Under the pieces are notes generated by a model. That model was not told the DNA's origin. It ran no database searches and saw nothing but the letters and a program-made list of their open reading frames with translations. A stretch of DNA of 64,000 bases from Bacteriovoracaceae bacterium (GTDB lineage: Bacteria; Bdellovibrionota; Bacteriovoracia; Bacteriovoracales; Bacteriovoracaceae), in contig JBLWTJ010000001.1 of assembly GCA_048270185.1 (NCBI GenBank), forward strand, positions 640,001 through 704,000, given 5' to 3'. The position numbers were made by a program, and so were the translations under genes. Each line of letters opens with the position of its first letter. Positions within the stretch are counted from its first letter, which is position 1. Below, one piece after another: positions 46,778-57,791 of this stretch.

Positions 46778-48176
46778 TATTTAGAGGTTTCTTATCAAAG
46801 GCATCAAGAGCAGCTTCTTTAAGCGCTTCAGAATAAGTTGGGTGCGCATGACAAATGCGTCCAATATCTTCAGCTGCAGCTCTAAATTCCATTGCCACAC
46901 AAGCTTCTGCAATTAAGTCAGCAGCACGAGGGCCTACGATGTGAACTCCAAGAACTTCGTCAGTTTCTTTACAAGCAAGTACTTTTACAAAACCAGCAGA
47001 TTCATTTGATGCACGAGCACGTCCACTTGCTTTAAATGGAAATTTTCCTGCTTTATATGGAGTCTTATTAGCTTTAAGCTCTTGTTCTGTTACACCAACT
47101 GAGGCAACTTCCGGCCATGTATAAACAACACCTGGAATTAAGTTGTAGTTAATATGTGGCTTCTGCCCAGCAATAATCTCAGCACAAACAACACCTTCTT
47201 CCTCAGCTTTGTGAGCAAGCATAGCACCAGTTGTTACATCACCAATTGCATAGATATGAGAAACATTTGTACGAAGGTGATCGTCAGTAATAACACGACC
47301 TCTCTCATCTAGGTTTACACCTGCGTTCTCAAGACCAAGGCCATCAGTGAATGGACGACGTCCTACGGCCATTAGGCAGTAGTCACCATCTAGTTTGATT
47401 TCTTCTTCATTCTTTTTGTTCTTGGCCTTAACATGTACCTTGTCGCCTTTTCTAACAACTTCAGTTACACCGTGACCAGTATAGAATTCCATTCCTTGTT
47501 TCTTTAGAACTTTCGTCATCTCTTTTGCACAATCTTTATCCATTGTTGCGAGGATCGAGTCTGCGTATTCAACAACAGAAACTTTTGAACCAAGTCTTAA
47601 AAATACTGAACCAAGCTCAAGTCCGATAACACCACCACCAATAACGATGAAATGCTTTGGAAGAGTATCAAGTTTTAGAGCTTCAGTAGATGTAATGATT
47701 CTTTCTTTATCAATTTCAATTCCAGGAATTGAAGCCGGCTTAGAACCAGTTGCAATGATGAAATTCTTAGCTTTAAGAGTTTCTTCTTTTTCACCAGATA
47801 CTTTAAGCGTATTAGCATCAACGAATGAACCAATACCATGGAAAGTTTCAACTTTATTCTTACCCATTAAGTAAGTGATCCCACCTGAAGTATCTTTTAC
47901 AACTTCAGCAACACGCGCTGCCATCTTTCCGATGTCGGCCTTAACTTTTCCAGTTGAGATACCGTGCGCTTCAAACTCATGAGTCGCTTCGTGAAATTTC
48001 TCACTTGAGTCAAGCCATGCTTTTGATGGGATACATCCAACGTTAAGGCATGTCCCACCAAGTGTATTATACTTTTCTACGATTGCTGTCTTCATTCCTA
48101 GTTGAGCACAACGAACAGCACTGATATATCCACCAGGACCTGAACCAATTATAACAACATCAAATTCTTTACTCAT
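46773..48176 (-). CDS. lpdA: Dihydrolipoyl dehydrogenase (E3)
   Basis: GSGPGG, GGTCLNVGCIPSK, GGGVIGLE, LAHKAEEEG and HAHPT-SE. Confidence 0.98.
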   Translation of the reverse strand: MSKEFDVVIIGSGPGGYISAVRCAQLGMKTAIVEKYNTLGGTCLNVGCIPSKAWLDSSEKFHEATHEFEAHGISTGKVKADIGKMAARVAEVVKDTSGGITYLMGKNKVETFHGIGSFVDANTLKVSGEKEETLKAKNFIIATGSKPASIPGIEIDKERIITSTEALKLDTLPKHFIVIGGGVIGLELGSVFLRLGSKVSVVEYADSILATMDKDCAKEMTKVLKKQGMEFYTGHGVTEVVRKGDKVHVKAKNKKNEEEIKLDGDYCLMAVGRRPFTDGLGLENAGVNLDERGRVITDDHLRTNVSHIYAIGDVTTGAMLAHKAEEEGVVCAEIIAGQKPHINYNLIPGVVYTWPEVASVGVTEQELKANKTPYKAGKFPFKASGRARASNESAGFVKVLACKETDEVLGVHIVGPRAADLIAEACVAMEFRAAAEDIGRICHAHPTYSEALKEAALDAFDKKPLNI

Positions 48177-48209
48177 ACTTATTCCTTCAAAAAATTAAAT
48201 TAGATAGTC

Positions 48210-49436
48210 TTAAATATCTAGTAGCATTCTGGCCGGATCTTCTAGCATTTCCTTAACCATTTTAAGGAATGTTACTGATTCCTTACCATCGATGATTCTG
48301 TGGTCATATGAAAGAGCTAAGTACATCACAGGGTGAATAACAACTTGTCCGTTTACAGCAACAGGTCTTTCAACAATATTGTGCATTCCTAGAATCGCTG
48401 ATTGTGGAACGTTAATAATTGGAGTTGAAAGCATTGAGCCGAAAACACCACCATTTGTAATCGTGAAAGTTCCACCAGTCATTTCATCAACTGTAAGCTT
48501 TCCATCACGTCCCTTAAGAGCAAGTCTTCTTACTTCTTTTTCAATTTGTGCAAGACTTAGACTTTCAGCGTTTCTAATAACTGGAACAACTAGACCTTTT
48601 GGAGTTGATACCGCAATACCAACATCTGCATAGTCGTGATAAATGATATTTTCACCATCAATTTGTGCGTTAACACCTTTGATCTCCATAAGAGCTTTTG
48701 TACAAGCTTTTGTGAAGAAAGACATGAAACCAAGACCGATATCGTGCTTATCTTTGAATGCATCTTTATATTTCTTACGAAGCTCCATTAGGTTGAACAT
48801 ATCAACTTCATTGAAAGTCGTAAGCATAGCAGTTGTATTCTTTGCCTCCACAAGACGTTTTGCAATTGTCTTACGGATACGCTTCATTTTCACTTCTTCT
48901 TTAGCGCGACTTGCTCCACCCATTGGTGCCTGAACAGCAATTTCTTGTGCTGGAGCAGACTTTGCAGCAGGAGCTGCGGCAGGTGCTTGAGCAACCTTAG
49001 CGTTAACAGCATCGTTCTTTGTAATGCGTCCATCTTTTCCTGTTCCAGCAACAGATGAAGCATCAACACCTTTTTCTGCAAGAATTTTTGCAGCGGCCGG
49101 AGATGGATAATTCTTATCTCCACCAGTAGGAGTTGGTGCGCTCGCTGGAGTTGAAGCTGATTCTGTTGCAGGAGCACTAGTCCCTGCTGGAGCTGAAGCC
49201 GAAGTATCAAGTTCAGCAACAACAGCACCGATCTCTAACTCAGCACCTTCTTCAGCGATAATTCTAATGATACCGCTTTCTTCCGCTGGAAGTGGAAGAG
49301 TTGCCTTGTCAGATTCAACCTCAACAAGTTCATCACCTTCACTTACATAGTCACCATCACTTACTAGCCACTCACCTAGAGCAACTTCAGTAATTGATTC
49401 ACCAATTGGTGGAATAGTAATTTTTACGATTGCCAT
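48210..49436 (-). CDS. sucB: 2-oxoglutarate dehydrogenase E2 (dihydrolipoyl succinyltransferase)
   Basis: Lipoyl motif ESDKA, E3-binding [18 protein letters not shown] and SYDHRIIDG. Confidence 0.97.
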   Translation of the reverse strand: MAIVKITIPPIGESITEVALGEWLVSDGDYVSEGDELVEVESDKATLPLPAEESGIIRIIAEEGAELEIGAVVAELDTSASAPAGTSAPATESASTPASAPTPTGGDKNYPSPAAAKILAEKGVDASSVAGTGKDGRITKNDAVNAKVAQAPAAAPAAKSAPAQEIAVQAPMGGASRAKEEVKMKRIRKTIAKRLVEAKNTTAMLTTFNEVDMFNLMELRKKYKDAFKDKHDIGLGFMSFFTKACTKALMEIKGVNAQIDGENIIYHDYADVGIAVSTPKGLVVPVIRNAESLSLAQIEKEVRRLALKGRDGKLTVDEMTGGTFTITNGGVFGSMLSTPIINVPQSAILGMHNIVERPVAVNGQVVIHPVMYLALSYDHRIIDGKESVTFLKMVKEMLEDPARMLLDI

Positions 49437-49450
49437 TTTCTTTTCCTTAT

Positions 49451-52195
49451 TTATTTAAATGCATTCTCTACAATTGTTTCTTGTTCTTTAATATGGACTG
49501 ATGCATATCCAGTAGCAGGAGATGCCGAAGCCTTTCTCGAAATACAATCAATATCTCTAAAAGTGTCACGCCAACGATTTAAGTGCATCCAAGCTCCCAT
49601 ATTTGAAGGCTCTTCTTGTACCCAACGATGAGTCGCTTTTGGATACTTCTTAAGAATCTCTTCAATTTTTTCAACAGGAAGTGGATATAGTTGCTCAAGA
49701 CGAACAACCGCAACATCTTTGCGATCATTTTCTTGTTGATACTTAAATAGATCGTAGTAGATCTTACCAGTACAGAAGACAACTTTCTTAACATCTTTTG
49801 GATTTACCCAAGTATCGTCAAATACCTCTTCAAATTTACCATCAGTTAAGTCTGAAACTTTTGACTGACATAATGGATGCCTTAGAAGAGATTTTGGAGT
49901 GAAGACAACTAGTGGCTTTCTAAACTCCCACTTTAGCTGACGTCTAAGAGCATGGAACATATTGGCCGGAGTTGTAATATTACAAACAACCATATTCTCT
50001 TCAGCACATTGTTGTAGAAATCTTTCTGGACGACATGAAGAGTGTTCTGGGCCTGCCCCCTCATAACCATGAGGAAGAAGCATTACTAAGTTACTCATTC
50101 TTCTCCACTTACTCTCTGCTGCCGAAATAAATTGATCGATAACAATTTGGGCACCATTAGTGAAGTCACCAAATTGCGCTTCCCAAATATTTAGCGCATG
50201 TGGAGTTGCTTGTGAGTAACCATACTCAAACGCAAGAACCGCATATTCAGAAAGAAGTGAGTTATAAATATAGAAATCACCTTGACCAGTTGTTAGGTGC
50301 TCTAGTCCACAATATGCTTCATTTGTTTTCTCATCGAAAACTTTTGCGTGACGGTGAGAGAATGTCCCACGGATAACGTCTTCACCAGAGAAGCGAACAT
50401 CGTTACCTTCAGTAAGAATTGATCCATAAGCAAAAAGCTCTGCCATGGCCCAGTCGATTTGATCATTATCAAAATTTGCTCGACGTTGATCAAGTAGCTT
50501 CTTCGCCTTTCTTAAAGGCTTAAACCCTGCAGGTGTTTGTGTGATTGAGTTTACAATCGTTTCAAGAACATTCTTATCAACTCCTGTAGCAGGAGAATTT
50601 GCAAAGTCTTCTAAAGTCGAGAAACGAATGTTCTTCCACTGTTGGTGAGGTCCAGGAACCTTCTTAGGAATAACATTTTGTTTTACGTTGTTAAAACGAT
50701 CTGAAAGAAGATTCTTATACTCTTCTTGCATTTCTTTTGCCACGGCCTTATCTACAGACCCGTGTGCAGCTAGTTCTTCAATATACATTTCACGAGGATT
50801 CTTATGCTTTGAAATCATCCCGTAAAGTTCTGGTTGTGTATACTTTGGTTCATCACCTTCGTTGTGACCGTGCTTACGGTAACAAACCATATCGATGAAA
50901 ACATCTCTCTTAAATTTTTGTCTAAACTTAACAGCAAGCTCACATGCGTAAACCACGTCTTCAGGACAGTCACCATTAACATGAATAACTGGAATATTTA
51001 GCATTTTAGCAACTGATGTTGAGTAGTGAGATGAGCGTGCATCTGTGAAGTCAGTAGTGAAACCAATTTGATTATTAATAACAAAGTGAACTGAACCACC
51101 TGTACGATAACCATCAAGCTCAGACATTTGCAGCGTTTCGTAAACAATCCCTTGTCCTGCAACAGCAGCATCACCGTGAATAACGATTGGAATAATTTTA
51201 CTTTCATCGCCTTCGTAAGCGATATCAATTTGAGCACGAGCGTAACCAGTTGCCACTGGAGAAACTGTTTCTAAGTGTGATGGGTTTGGAAGAAGCTTTA
51301 AGTAAACTTCTTTCTCATCTTCAGTTTTAGCAACAGAAGTAAATCCCATGTGGTACTTAACATCTCCATCACCTTGACCTGCAAGTTGCTCTAGTGAGTT
51401 TCCTTCAAATTCAGAAAAGATATACTCATAAGTTTTTCCTAACGTATTTGCTAGAATATTTAGACGTCCTCTGTGGGCCATTCCAATAATAAATTCTTTA
51501 GCACCTAATCTTGCACCTTCGTTAATGACAGCATCAAGACCAGGAATTGTTGACTCTCCACCTTCAAGAGAAAATCTCTTTTGACCTGTGTACTTAGTTT
51601 GAAGAAAGTTTTCAAAAACATTTGCTTCATTAAGCTTGTGAAGAATTCTCTTCTTCTTATCGACTGTAAAATCTTTTTTTAGATATGTCCCTTCGAACTC
51701 ATTTCTAAACCAACGTCTCATATCTGTGTCAGTTGAGTGCATATATTCAACACCAATTTTTCCACAGTATAATTTCATCATGTGATCCATGATTGCTTGT
51801 AGAGTTGCACCAGGCATTCCGATAAACTCACCACATACAAAGCTTTCTTTTAGATCATCATTTGTTAAATCATAATCTTCAAGAGAGATATGGGCATGAC
51901 GATTCAATCTTGGACGAATTGGATTCGTATCAGAAAGAAGATGTCCTCTTGCACGAAAAGATTGAATTAGACGAAAGACATTAAATTCTTTGCGTAATTT
52001 TTCATCACTAACATCTCCACCAGCTGAAGATGATCCCTTACCTGCTCCAAATTCAAATCCTAGAAAAAAGTTTCGCCAACTTTCTTCTACTTCATTTGGG
52101 TTTGATTCATATTGCTCATAAAGTGAGTCAATGTAAGAGATGTCTGAACTTGAAAGGGTTGAAAAGTCGAATTGATCCATTTGATAAAAATCCAT
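49451..52195 (-). CDS. sucA: 2-oxoglutarate dehydrogenase E1
   Basis: [35 protein letters not shown] and LPHGYEG-GPEHSS. Confidence 0.98.
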   Translation of the reverse strand: MDFYQMDQFDFSTLSSSDISYIDSLYEQYESNPNEVEESWRNFFLGFEFGAGKGSSSAGGDVSDEKLRKEFNVFRLIQSFRARGHLLSDTNPIRPRLNRHAHISLEDYDLTNDDLKESFVCGEFIGMPGATLQAIMDHMMKLYCGKIGVEYMHSTDTDMRRWFRNEFEGTYLKKDFTVDKKKRILHKLNEANVFENFLQTKYTGQKRFSLEGGESTIPGLDAVINEGARLGAKEFIIGMAHRGRLNILANTLGKTYEYIFSEFEGNSLEQLAGQGDGDVKYHMGFTSVAKTEDEKEVYLKLLPNPSHLETVSPVATGYARAQIDIAYEGDESKIIPIVIHGDAAVAGQGIVYETLQMSELDGYRTGGSVHFVINNQIGFTTDFTDARSSHYSTSVAKMLNIPVIHVNGDCPEDVVYACELAVKFRQKFKRDVFIDMVCYRKHGHNEGDEPKYTQPELYGMISKHKNPREMYIEELAAHGSVDKAVAKEMQEEYKNLLSDRFNNVKQNVIPKKVPGPHQQWKNIRFSTLEDFANSPATGVDKNVLETIVNSITQTPAGFKPLRKAKKLLDQRRANFDNDQIDWAMAELFAYGSILTEGNDVRFSGEDVIRGTFSHRHAKVFDEKTNEAYCGLEHLTTGQGDFYIYNSLLSEYAVLAFEYGYSQATPHALNIWEAQFGDFTNGAQIVIDQFISAAESKWRRMSNLVMLLPHGYEGAGPEHSSCRPERFLQQCAEENMVVCNITTPANMFHALRRQLKWEFRKPLVVFTPKSLLRHPLCQSKVSDLTDGKFEEVFDDTWVNPKDVKKVVFCTGKIYYDLFKYQQENDRKDVAVVRLEQLYPLPVEKIEEILKKYPKATHRWVQEEPSNMGAWMHLNRWRDTFRDIDCISRKASASPATGYASVHIKEQETIVENAFK

Positions 52196-52383
52196 TTTTT
52201 AGCGCTTTGCGGCTATTACAAAATTAATAATTTAGGCACGTTAATATACCTTATATCTTAACAGTTCGTGAAGTTTTCTTTTTTAAGAGGCAAGCTTTGA
52301 CTAGATAAAAATCAAAGTGATAAAGTCCGAAGATATTCACAAATTAAGTTAGTTTAACTCATCAACTAAACACAGGAGATTAT

Positions 52384-52776
52384 ATGAACTCAAAGCAGTA
52401 TATGGCCGATGCAATCAGAACAGAATCAAGAGATTTTGATGCAATGAACACTCGACTAAATGACGATGGTATTAAAAGACTCTTACACGCAGGAATTGGC
52501 CTATCAACTGAAGCTGGTGAGTTCCTCGATGCCCTAAAGAAGCATATATTCTACGGTAAAGAACTTGATCGAGTTAATCTTGCCGAAGAACTTGGTGACC
52601 TATTCTGGTATATGGCCATTGTAGGAGATGAACTTGGTATAGAATTCGAAGATGTGATGGCACGCAATATTACAAAGCTTAAGGCGCGCTATGGAGAGAA
52701 GTTCTCAGAAGAAAAAGCTGATAAGAGAGACCTTGAAACCGAAAGAAAAATTCTTGAGGAACAGGCCTTTAACTAA
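52384..52776 (+). CDS. MazG-like nucleoside triphosphate pyrophosphohydrolase
   Basis: GL-TEAGE-x4-KK, EELGDLFWY and N-KL-RY. Confidence 0.9.
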   Translation: MNSKQYMADAIRTESRDFDAMNTRLNDDGIKRLLHAGIGLSTEAGEFLDALKKHIFYGKELDRVNLAEELGDLFWYMAIVGDELGIEFEDVMARNITKLKARYGEKFSEEKADKRDLETERKILEEQAFN

Positions 52777-53786
52777 TGAAACTTCACCAAATCTTAATAT
52801 TTATTCTTGGGATACTTCTCACCTCATGCCAGAGCGATAATCTTCAAATTCATCGTTTATCGGGAAAAACGATGGGGACAACGTACCACATCAAGTATAT
52901 TGCACCAAAAGATCACGATGAGAAGACTCTCCAACAAGATATTGATCTTCGACTCAATGACGTCAATAAGGCCATGAGTACTTATATCGCTGACTCGGAG
53001 ATTTCGCTCTTTAATAAAATGCCAAAGAGTGAAAAGTTCTATCCCGGAGAAGATTTTAAAAAGACGCTGGCCCATGCTCTGGAGTTGGCCCAAAAGACTC
53101 AAGGAATATTTGACCCGACAATTGGAACACTTGTTAATCTTTGGGGCTTTGGACCAACCGGTAAGAGAAAAATACCAAGTCCACAATCAATTGAAGAGGC
53201 AAAGAAGAAAGTTGGATACGAGAAGATAAAATTAAAAGACGGCATCCTTACAAAAGAAATAGATGGGGTTTACCTTGATCTTTCGGCATCGGCCAAAGGT
53301 TATGGTGTCGATACGATTATTACCCTCCTAAAGTCGCGTGGAATTCACAATGCTTTAGTTGAGGTAGGTGGCGAAGTTGCAACAATGGGAGAATCCCTTA
53401 CTCGTCCATGGCGAATTGGTGTTGAGTCCCCTAGTAATGAAAATGGCAATCCAGTAGTTCGTGTTGTAAAAATCAAGAATGTTGCACTAGCAACTTCTGG
53501 TGATTATCGAAACTTCTTCAAGGAAGGTGGCAAACGCTATCAACACACTATTAACTTTAAATCGGGAGCCCCTGTTGCTTCTAAGCTTGCTTCCGTAAGT
53601 GTGATCTCTGACACTTGTATGGATGCAGATGCTTGGGCCACGGCCCTCATGGCAATGGGTGCAACAAAGGCCATCGCCTACGCTAAAGAAAATAAGTTGA
53701 AAGCATTCTTCATTCACCGTTCACAAGATGGTTCAGGAAAGTATTTGGAGACATCAACGGAAGAATTTGATAAGATAACCGAGTAA
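52776..53786 (+). CDS. apbE: FAD:protein FMN transferase (ApbE) lipoprotein
   Basis: Lipobox LTSC, TMGT, FDPT-G-L-LWGF, AKGYGVD, ATSGDY and ADAWATA. Confidence 0.95.
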   Translation: MKLHQILIFILGILLTSCQSDNLQIHRLSGKTMGTTYHIKYIAPKDHDEKTLQQDIDLRLNDVNKAMSTYIADSEISLFNKMPKSEKFYPGEDFKKTLAHALELAQKTQGIFDPTIGTLVNLWGFGPTGKRKIPSPQSIEEAKKKVGYEKIKLKDGILTKEIDGVYLDLSASAKGYGVDTIITLLKSRGIHNALVEVGGEVATMGESLTRPWRIGVESPSNENGNPVVRVVKIKNVALATSGDYRNFFKEGGKRYQHTINFKSGAPVASKLASVSVISDTCMDADAWATALMAMGATKAIAYAKENKLKAFFIHRSQDGSGKYLETSTEEFDKITE

Positions 53787-53814
53787 ATAGCTCACCCTAT
53801 TAGGAGATCGAATT

Positions 53815-54027
53815 ATGGACGCTAACTTTAAATTATTCCTCGTAACTTTTGCAGTACTCGCACTGTCGATTACAGGAATGGCAGTTGGTGTAATCATATC
53901 TAACCGCAAACTTTCAGGATCTTGTGGTGGACTTGGTGCAATTATCGGTGAAGACTGCATGTTCTGTGAAAAGAAAGAAGAATGTAAAGAACATCCAGAA
54001 GAAGCTGAAGAATGCTTAAAAGCATAA
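53815..54027 (+). CDS. nqrM: NqrM-like (DUF539) Na+-NQR maturation protein
   Basis: N-terminal TM ending MAVGVI, then GSCGGL and further Cys residues. It lies directly after apbE. Confidence 0.8.
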   Translation: MDANFKLFLVTFAVLALSITGMAVGVIISNRKLSGSCGGLGAIIGEDCMFCEKKEECKEHPEEAEECLKA

Positions 54028-54056
54028 TTTAAAAATCAATAAATTCTAATCATATT

Positions 54057-54080
54057 GGCCCCGATCTGGGGCCTTTTTTT
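54057..54080 (+). terminator. Rho-independent terminator
   Basis: GGCCCC-gatct-GGGGCC followed by T7. Confidence 0.85.
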
Positions 54081-54137
54081 GTTTCAAAGATGGCAAAAGG
54101 CCACCAGTCCCCCAAAAGACACCACCTTCATCATAGC

Positions 54138-54181
54138 TAAGTCACTGATTGTACGTGTTCAGAATTGGCACGAGACATGCT
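54138..54181 (+). promoter_or_regulatory. Sigma54 promoter with an upstream IHF-like site
   Basis: TTGGCACGAGACATGCT (54165-54181, GG-N10-GC). TAAGTCACTGATT (54138-54150) reads AATCAG-N4-TTA on the minus strand. Confidence 0.75.
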
Positions 54182-54263
54182 TTTATACTGGCATCAAGCT
54201 CTTAGATAGGAAGTTCAAGAGCAAATGGCTTCAGGAAGAAATAGTGACCATGAAGGGGCCGAC

Positions 54264-54623
54264 ATGAAAAAATCAGTAATAAAAGCATTGTACATCACAT
54301 TTGGGATCATCATGCTTACACTAACGATTCAGGAGACTGCAAGCGCAAGAGAAATGCAGAGAATCACGCCAGAGCAAATCCAAAAACTAGATCGCGCCAT
54401 GGCAATTGAAACTGTTAATGGACGTTTTCTAGATATCAGCACAGCTGCCCATATCAAAAAAACTTTTGGAAACGTGGAGGAATTAAAAAAATTAGGTGAA
54501 ATCAAATTAAAAGATGGAGGTTACTTAAACGCAGGTGATATCCGCTACCTTTACGTAGAAAGGTTAAAGGCAAAGAAAGCGAAGAAGTTAGAGGTGGGAA
54601 GAACTCCACATGACGAAGAATAA
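54264..54623 (+). CDS. Hypothetical secreted protein
   Basis: The signal peptide MKKSV...ASA begins at ATG 54264, after RBS AAGGGG. Confidence 0.7.
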   Translation: MKKSVIKALYITFGIIMLTLTIQETASAREMQRITPEQIQKLDRAMAIETVNGRFLDISTAAHIKKTFGNVEELKKLGEIKLKDGGYLNAGDIRYLYVERLKAKKAKKLEVGRTPHDEE

Positions 54624-54627
54624 TTTT

Positions 54628-55248
54628 TCAATACGCTTTTGCTACTCCTTCCTTAGTAGCAATAACCAGTAAGACATCCGGGTCGCTCGAAAGAGCGGCC
54701 TTTCTTTTTTTTGAGGCCACAAATTTTCGTCCACGAGGAAGTGTTAGAAACTTTATTGTAAAGCCGCGCTCAATTAATAAACTCTCATATTCCATCGAAT
54801 CTAAAACGGTTACAGCAAGCTGCGTAGCTCGATATTCCTTATGTGAAATCATGGCCTCAAAACAGAAGATCCCACCGTCATTTAAAGCATTAAAAACCTC
54901 GTCAAGATATTTCTCAATCTCTCCTACACCGTTCAGATAATGAATTTGATGAGCGTCTAAAATAAGATCGTAAGACTCTCCAAGCTCCCTTAGGTTAAGA
55001 CTTGAATGAGTTTTAAAGTTTTGATTTGGGAAATTCTCTTTTGCTTTTTCAATGGCCTCAGATGAAATATCAATTCCTGTTATGCGACATTCATCATTAA
55101 TAAAGTGCAGGCCCTGGCCGCAGCCGACTTCGAGTATACTTGAAATTGTAATCCCACAAAGACTGTGGGCCTTTTCAACAAGTGAGATTAGACTTGGAGA
55201 AGCTTCAAAATGATTCGTAACTAAATGGAGCTCATTAAATTTATTCAC
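54628..55248 (-). CDS. Class I SAM-dependent methyltransferase
   Basis: ILEVGCGQG, GIDIS, YDLI and L-GG. Confidence 0.88.
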   Translation of the reverse strand: MNKFNELHLVTNHFEASPSLISLVEKAHSLCGITISSILEVGCGQGLHFINDECRITGIDISSEAIEKAKENFPNQNFKTHSSLNLRELGESYDLILDAHQIHYLNGVGEIEKYLDEVFNALNDGGIFCFEAMISHKEYRATQLAVTVLDSMEYESLLIERGFTIKFLTLPRGRKFVASKKRKAALSSDPDVLLVIATKEGVAKAY

Positions 55249-55251
55249 AAT

Positions 55252-55842
55252 TTAATATAACAGGCCCATATCCTCAAAGTCACTTGAATAGTAGAAATCA
55301 TTTGGAGAAAGTCCTGGAAGGCCAGTTGGTGGCTTCTTCCCAAAGTAGCGCTCCCAAGCGTCAGTATTCTTATCATAGCTCATAGGCTTTGGAACAAAGT
55401 CCACAATGGCATAGACGCTCTTTAGAAGCTTATAAAGAAACTCTGAACAATAGAGTTTTTCATCATCCCAGATATAGTCATGGTCAAACGGTTGCCCCAT
55501 ATACTTTTCTTGATAATTAGCAAGAAGCTGCTTTCTCATAGCGTAGCTTAAGTATTTTGGACGCATAACCTGCGCCTTCTTACGAGAATAACTTAGAAAG
55601 TTCTTCAGAGGAATGTGATGAACATTTCCAAGAGACTGAGCGACGAAATAGCGACTACCGTGTTTGAGCACAATTCCAGAGTGAGAAAAAGGTCCACCAG
55701 TTTGTTGCTCAATTAGTTCACAACTGAAACAATCCATATCCAAAAGAATAATATCACCTGTTTTTAGGCTTTCTTTTGGTAGTGCCAACGAATTAAGGCT
55801 AGCAAAAATTGAAAATAAGGCCATAAATCTAGCTGCTTTCAC
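55252..55842 (-). CDS. Secreted permuted NlpC/P60 (YiiX/YebB-like) cysteine hydrolase
   Basis: LKTGDII, FSHSGIV, G-PFD, LYCSE and SP-D. Confidence 0.88.
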   Translation of the reverse strand: MKAARFMALFSIFASLNSLALPKESLKTGDIILLDMDCFSCELIEQQTGGPFSHSGIVLKHGSRYFVAQSLGNVHHIPLKNFLSYSRKKAQVMRPKYLSYAMRKQLLANYQEKYMGQPFDHDYIWDDEKLYCSEFLYKLLKSVYAIVDFVPKPMSYDKNTDAWERYFGKKPPTGLPGLSPNDFYYSSDFEDMGLLY

Positions 55843-55972
55843 GTCAAAACTCCTTTAATATCAAAAACTTAACGTCTGATAAAGCAATTGCCCCTCTATC
55901 GAAAAACAAGGCTTTGCTGTTATACTAAGATAGTTACTACTTTAATAGACCAAAAAAGAGAGATAGGTAAAA

Positions 55973-57781
55973 ATGAAAGGCATACTTTTAACACTCATAT
56001 TTCTAAGTTTTGCCCTTGGACACTTTGAGATCTTTGCTACGACAAAATGTCCCACTGGACAGATCTTCAACACAAGTCTCAACCGCTGTATGTACACAGA
56101 GGGATCAATAAAAAATCGTAATGATTACACCGAGTGTGAAGGCATTGAAAACGAGACAGAAAAGAATGCATGTATTAAGAGAACGGCCGATACTCGTCAA
56201 CAAGCAGCAATCAACGAATTAAATGAGGGCCGTGTAAGTGATAGCGACGTAAATAACAATGGTCAATTCAACGGTGGCTTCACAGGTTTTTCAGCTTCTC
56301 TTTTAGAAGCCTATGGCCTTGTTAACGGGATTGCTCTCGTGGCCGGTAAGGCTTTTGATTCTGTGGATAAAAAACTTGGTGAACAGGATTGTATGTCTTG
56401 TACAATCGTTTCAGCAACAGCAGCCTATAGTTTCTATCAATCCAAAATTCAAAAAGAAGATGTTGAAAAGAAGACAGATGAATTTAAAACAGAATATGAA
56501 GAATACACTAAGAATCCAGAGTCGATGAATGGTGCACAACTTGAAGCTTTCAATATGATTGAAAAAGAACAACAGTATCTCGCTGAAGTTTCAGGTAAAC
56601 ACAAAAAACAATATCGTACGACAGCAATGGGCTATACTGCTGCAACAGTGGCAGCGGCTTATGATATCTGGAAAGATGGTGGAACAAAGTGTTTTGGTGA
56701 AGAAGGAAGTATGGGACGTGGCAATTGGGCGGCCACTATGTTTAAAAACCCGTGTGTAATTCTCTTTGGGGGTGCTGTCGCTGCGACCGCTTCATTAAGC
56801 GTATCAAGTGCAGCAGGCCAACAAGAAAAAGAAGCTGAAGCCAATGTTGCTCAAATTAAAGAACTAAAAGAAAAGTATATCAAAAGTGTTGCATCATACT
56901 GTCCAAATGGACGTGACAGCTTGAGTGAGCCTGCATGTTATTGTTATACAGCAGACGGAAAGAAGAATCCAAATCGTCAAAAGTCCAATACATGTATCGC
57001 CTACTGGAATAAGTATGATGGCTCATACGTATCTTCCACTGATGCATCAAGAGCTGCGCCAAATAGGAATCCATCAGGATGTATCTATAAAGATGGAAAA
57101 TTTGACCGTGAATGTAATTGTCGAAAACTTAAAAATAATAAAGGTGAAAATGCCTGTCAAAGCTTAAAAGTCTCATCAGGATTTGGAACAAGTCTTGGTG
57201 GTTTAGATGTTTCAGAGGCCCTTGATTTAGTAAATCAGACATCACAAGGTAATGCTGGAACCTATTCTTCATCAAGTGCTAATCAGTCGGCCATAACAGA
57301 TAAGGCCCTTGCCGCAGTTAAGAAGAAAGTAGAAGCTCCATTCAAAAAAGCAACAGGTATTACTTTAGATCAAGCCGCTAATAAATTCGCAAAAGATTTA
57401 GGTCGCTCAGGTGATAACAATAATGTCGCAATCTTCAATGGTTCTCCAGGAGAGCAATTTGCGCGCCTTAGACCAACTCCCCCTTCACAGTTTCAAGAAA
57501 CCATTGCCAGTGTAGAAAGTAAACTTCCGGCCAAAGGTATTATTGCGAGTAGAAAAACAACACGTACAAGATCAAAAACAAAAAATAGTAATCGTTGGAA
57601 ATTTGATGACTCAACAAGTTCTCAGGTTTTAAGCTACGGTAAGGGTGCAGATGAAGCAACTTCAAATAAGAAGTATGATCTGGGTGATAATGACATTATC
57701 AAAGATAAATCAGTTTCAATTTTTAAAGTAATTTCTCATCGCTATGTTCAGTCAGGACTTAAGAAATTATTCTCAGAATAG
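55973..57781 (+). CDS. Large Cys-rich secreted hypothetical protein
   Basis: Signal peptide, many Cys, Ala/Gly-rich helices and C-terminal SIFKVISHRY. Confidence 0.8.
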   Translation: MKGILLTLIFLSFALGHFEIFATTKCPTGQIFNTSLNRCMYTEGSIKNRNDYTECEGIENETEKNACIKRTADTRQQAAINELNEGRVSDSDVNNNGQFNGGFTGFSASLLEAYGLVNGIALVAGKAFDSVDKKLGEQDCMSCTIVSATAAYSFYQSKIQKEDVEKKTDEFKTEYEEYTKNPESMNGAQLEAFNMIEKEQQYLAEVSGKHKKQYRTTAMGYTAATVAAAYDIWKDGGTKCFGEEGSMGRGNWAATMFKNPCVILFGGAVAATASLSVSSAAGQQEKEAEANVAQIKELKEKYIKSVASYCPNGRDSLSEPACYCYTADGKKNPNRQKSNTCIAYWNKYDGSYVSSTDASRAAPNRNPSGCIYKDGKFDRECNCRKLKNNKGENACQSLKVSSGFGTSLGGLDVSEALDLVNQTSQGNAGTYSSSSANQSAITDKALAAVKKKVEAPFKKATGITLDQAANKFAKDLGRSGDNNNVAIFNGSPGEQFARLRPTPPSQFQETIASVESKLPAKGIIASRKTTRTRSKTKNSNRWKFDDSTSSQVLSYGKGADEATSNKKYDLGDNDIIKDKSVSIFKVISHRYVQSGLKKLFSE

Positions 57782-57791
57782 GAATTAAATC

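Noticed and set aside
52776..54027. apbE-nqrM without nqrA-F as an anomaly
   Set aside because: The nqr operon may lie outside this window, so this cannot be judged here.
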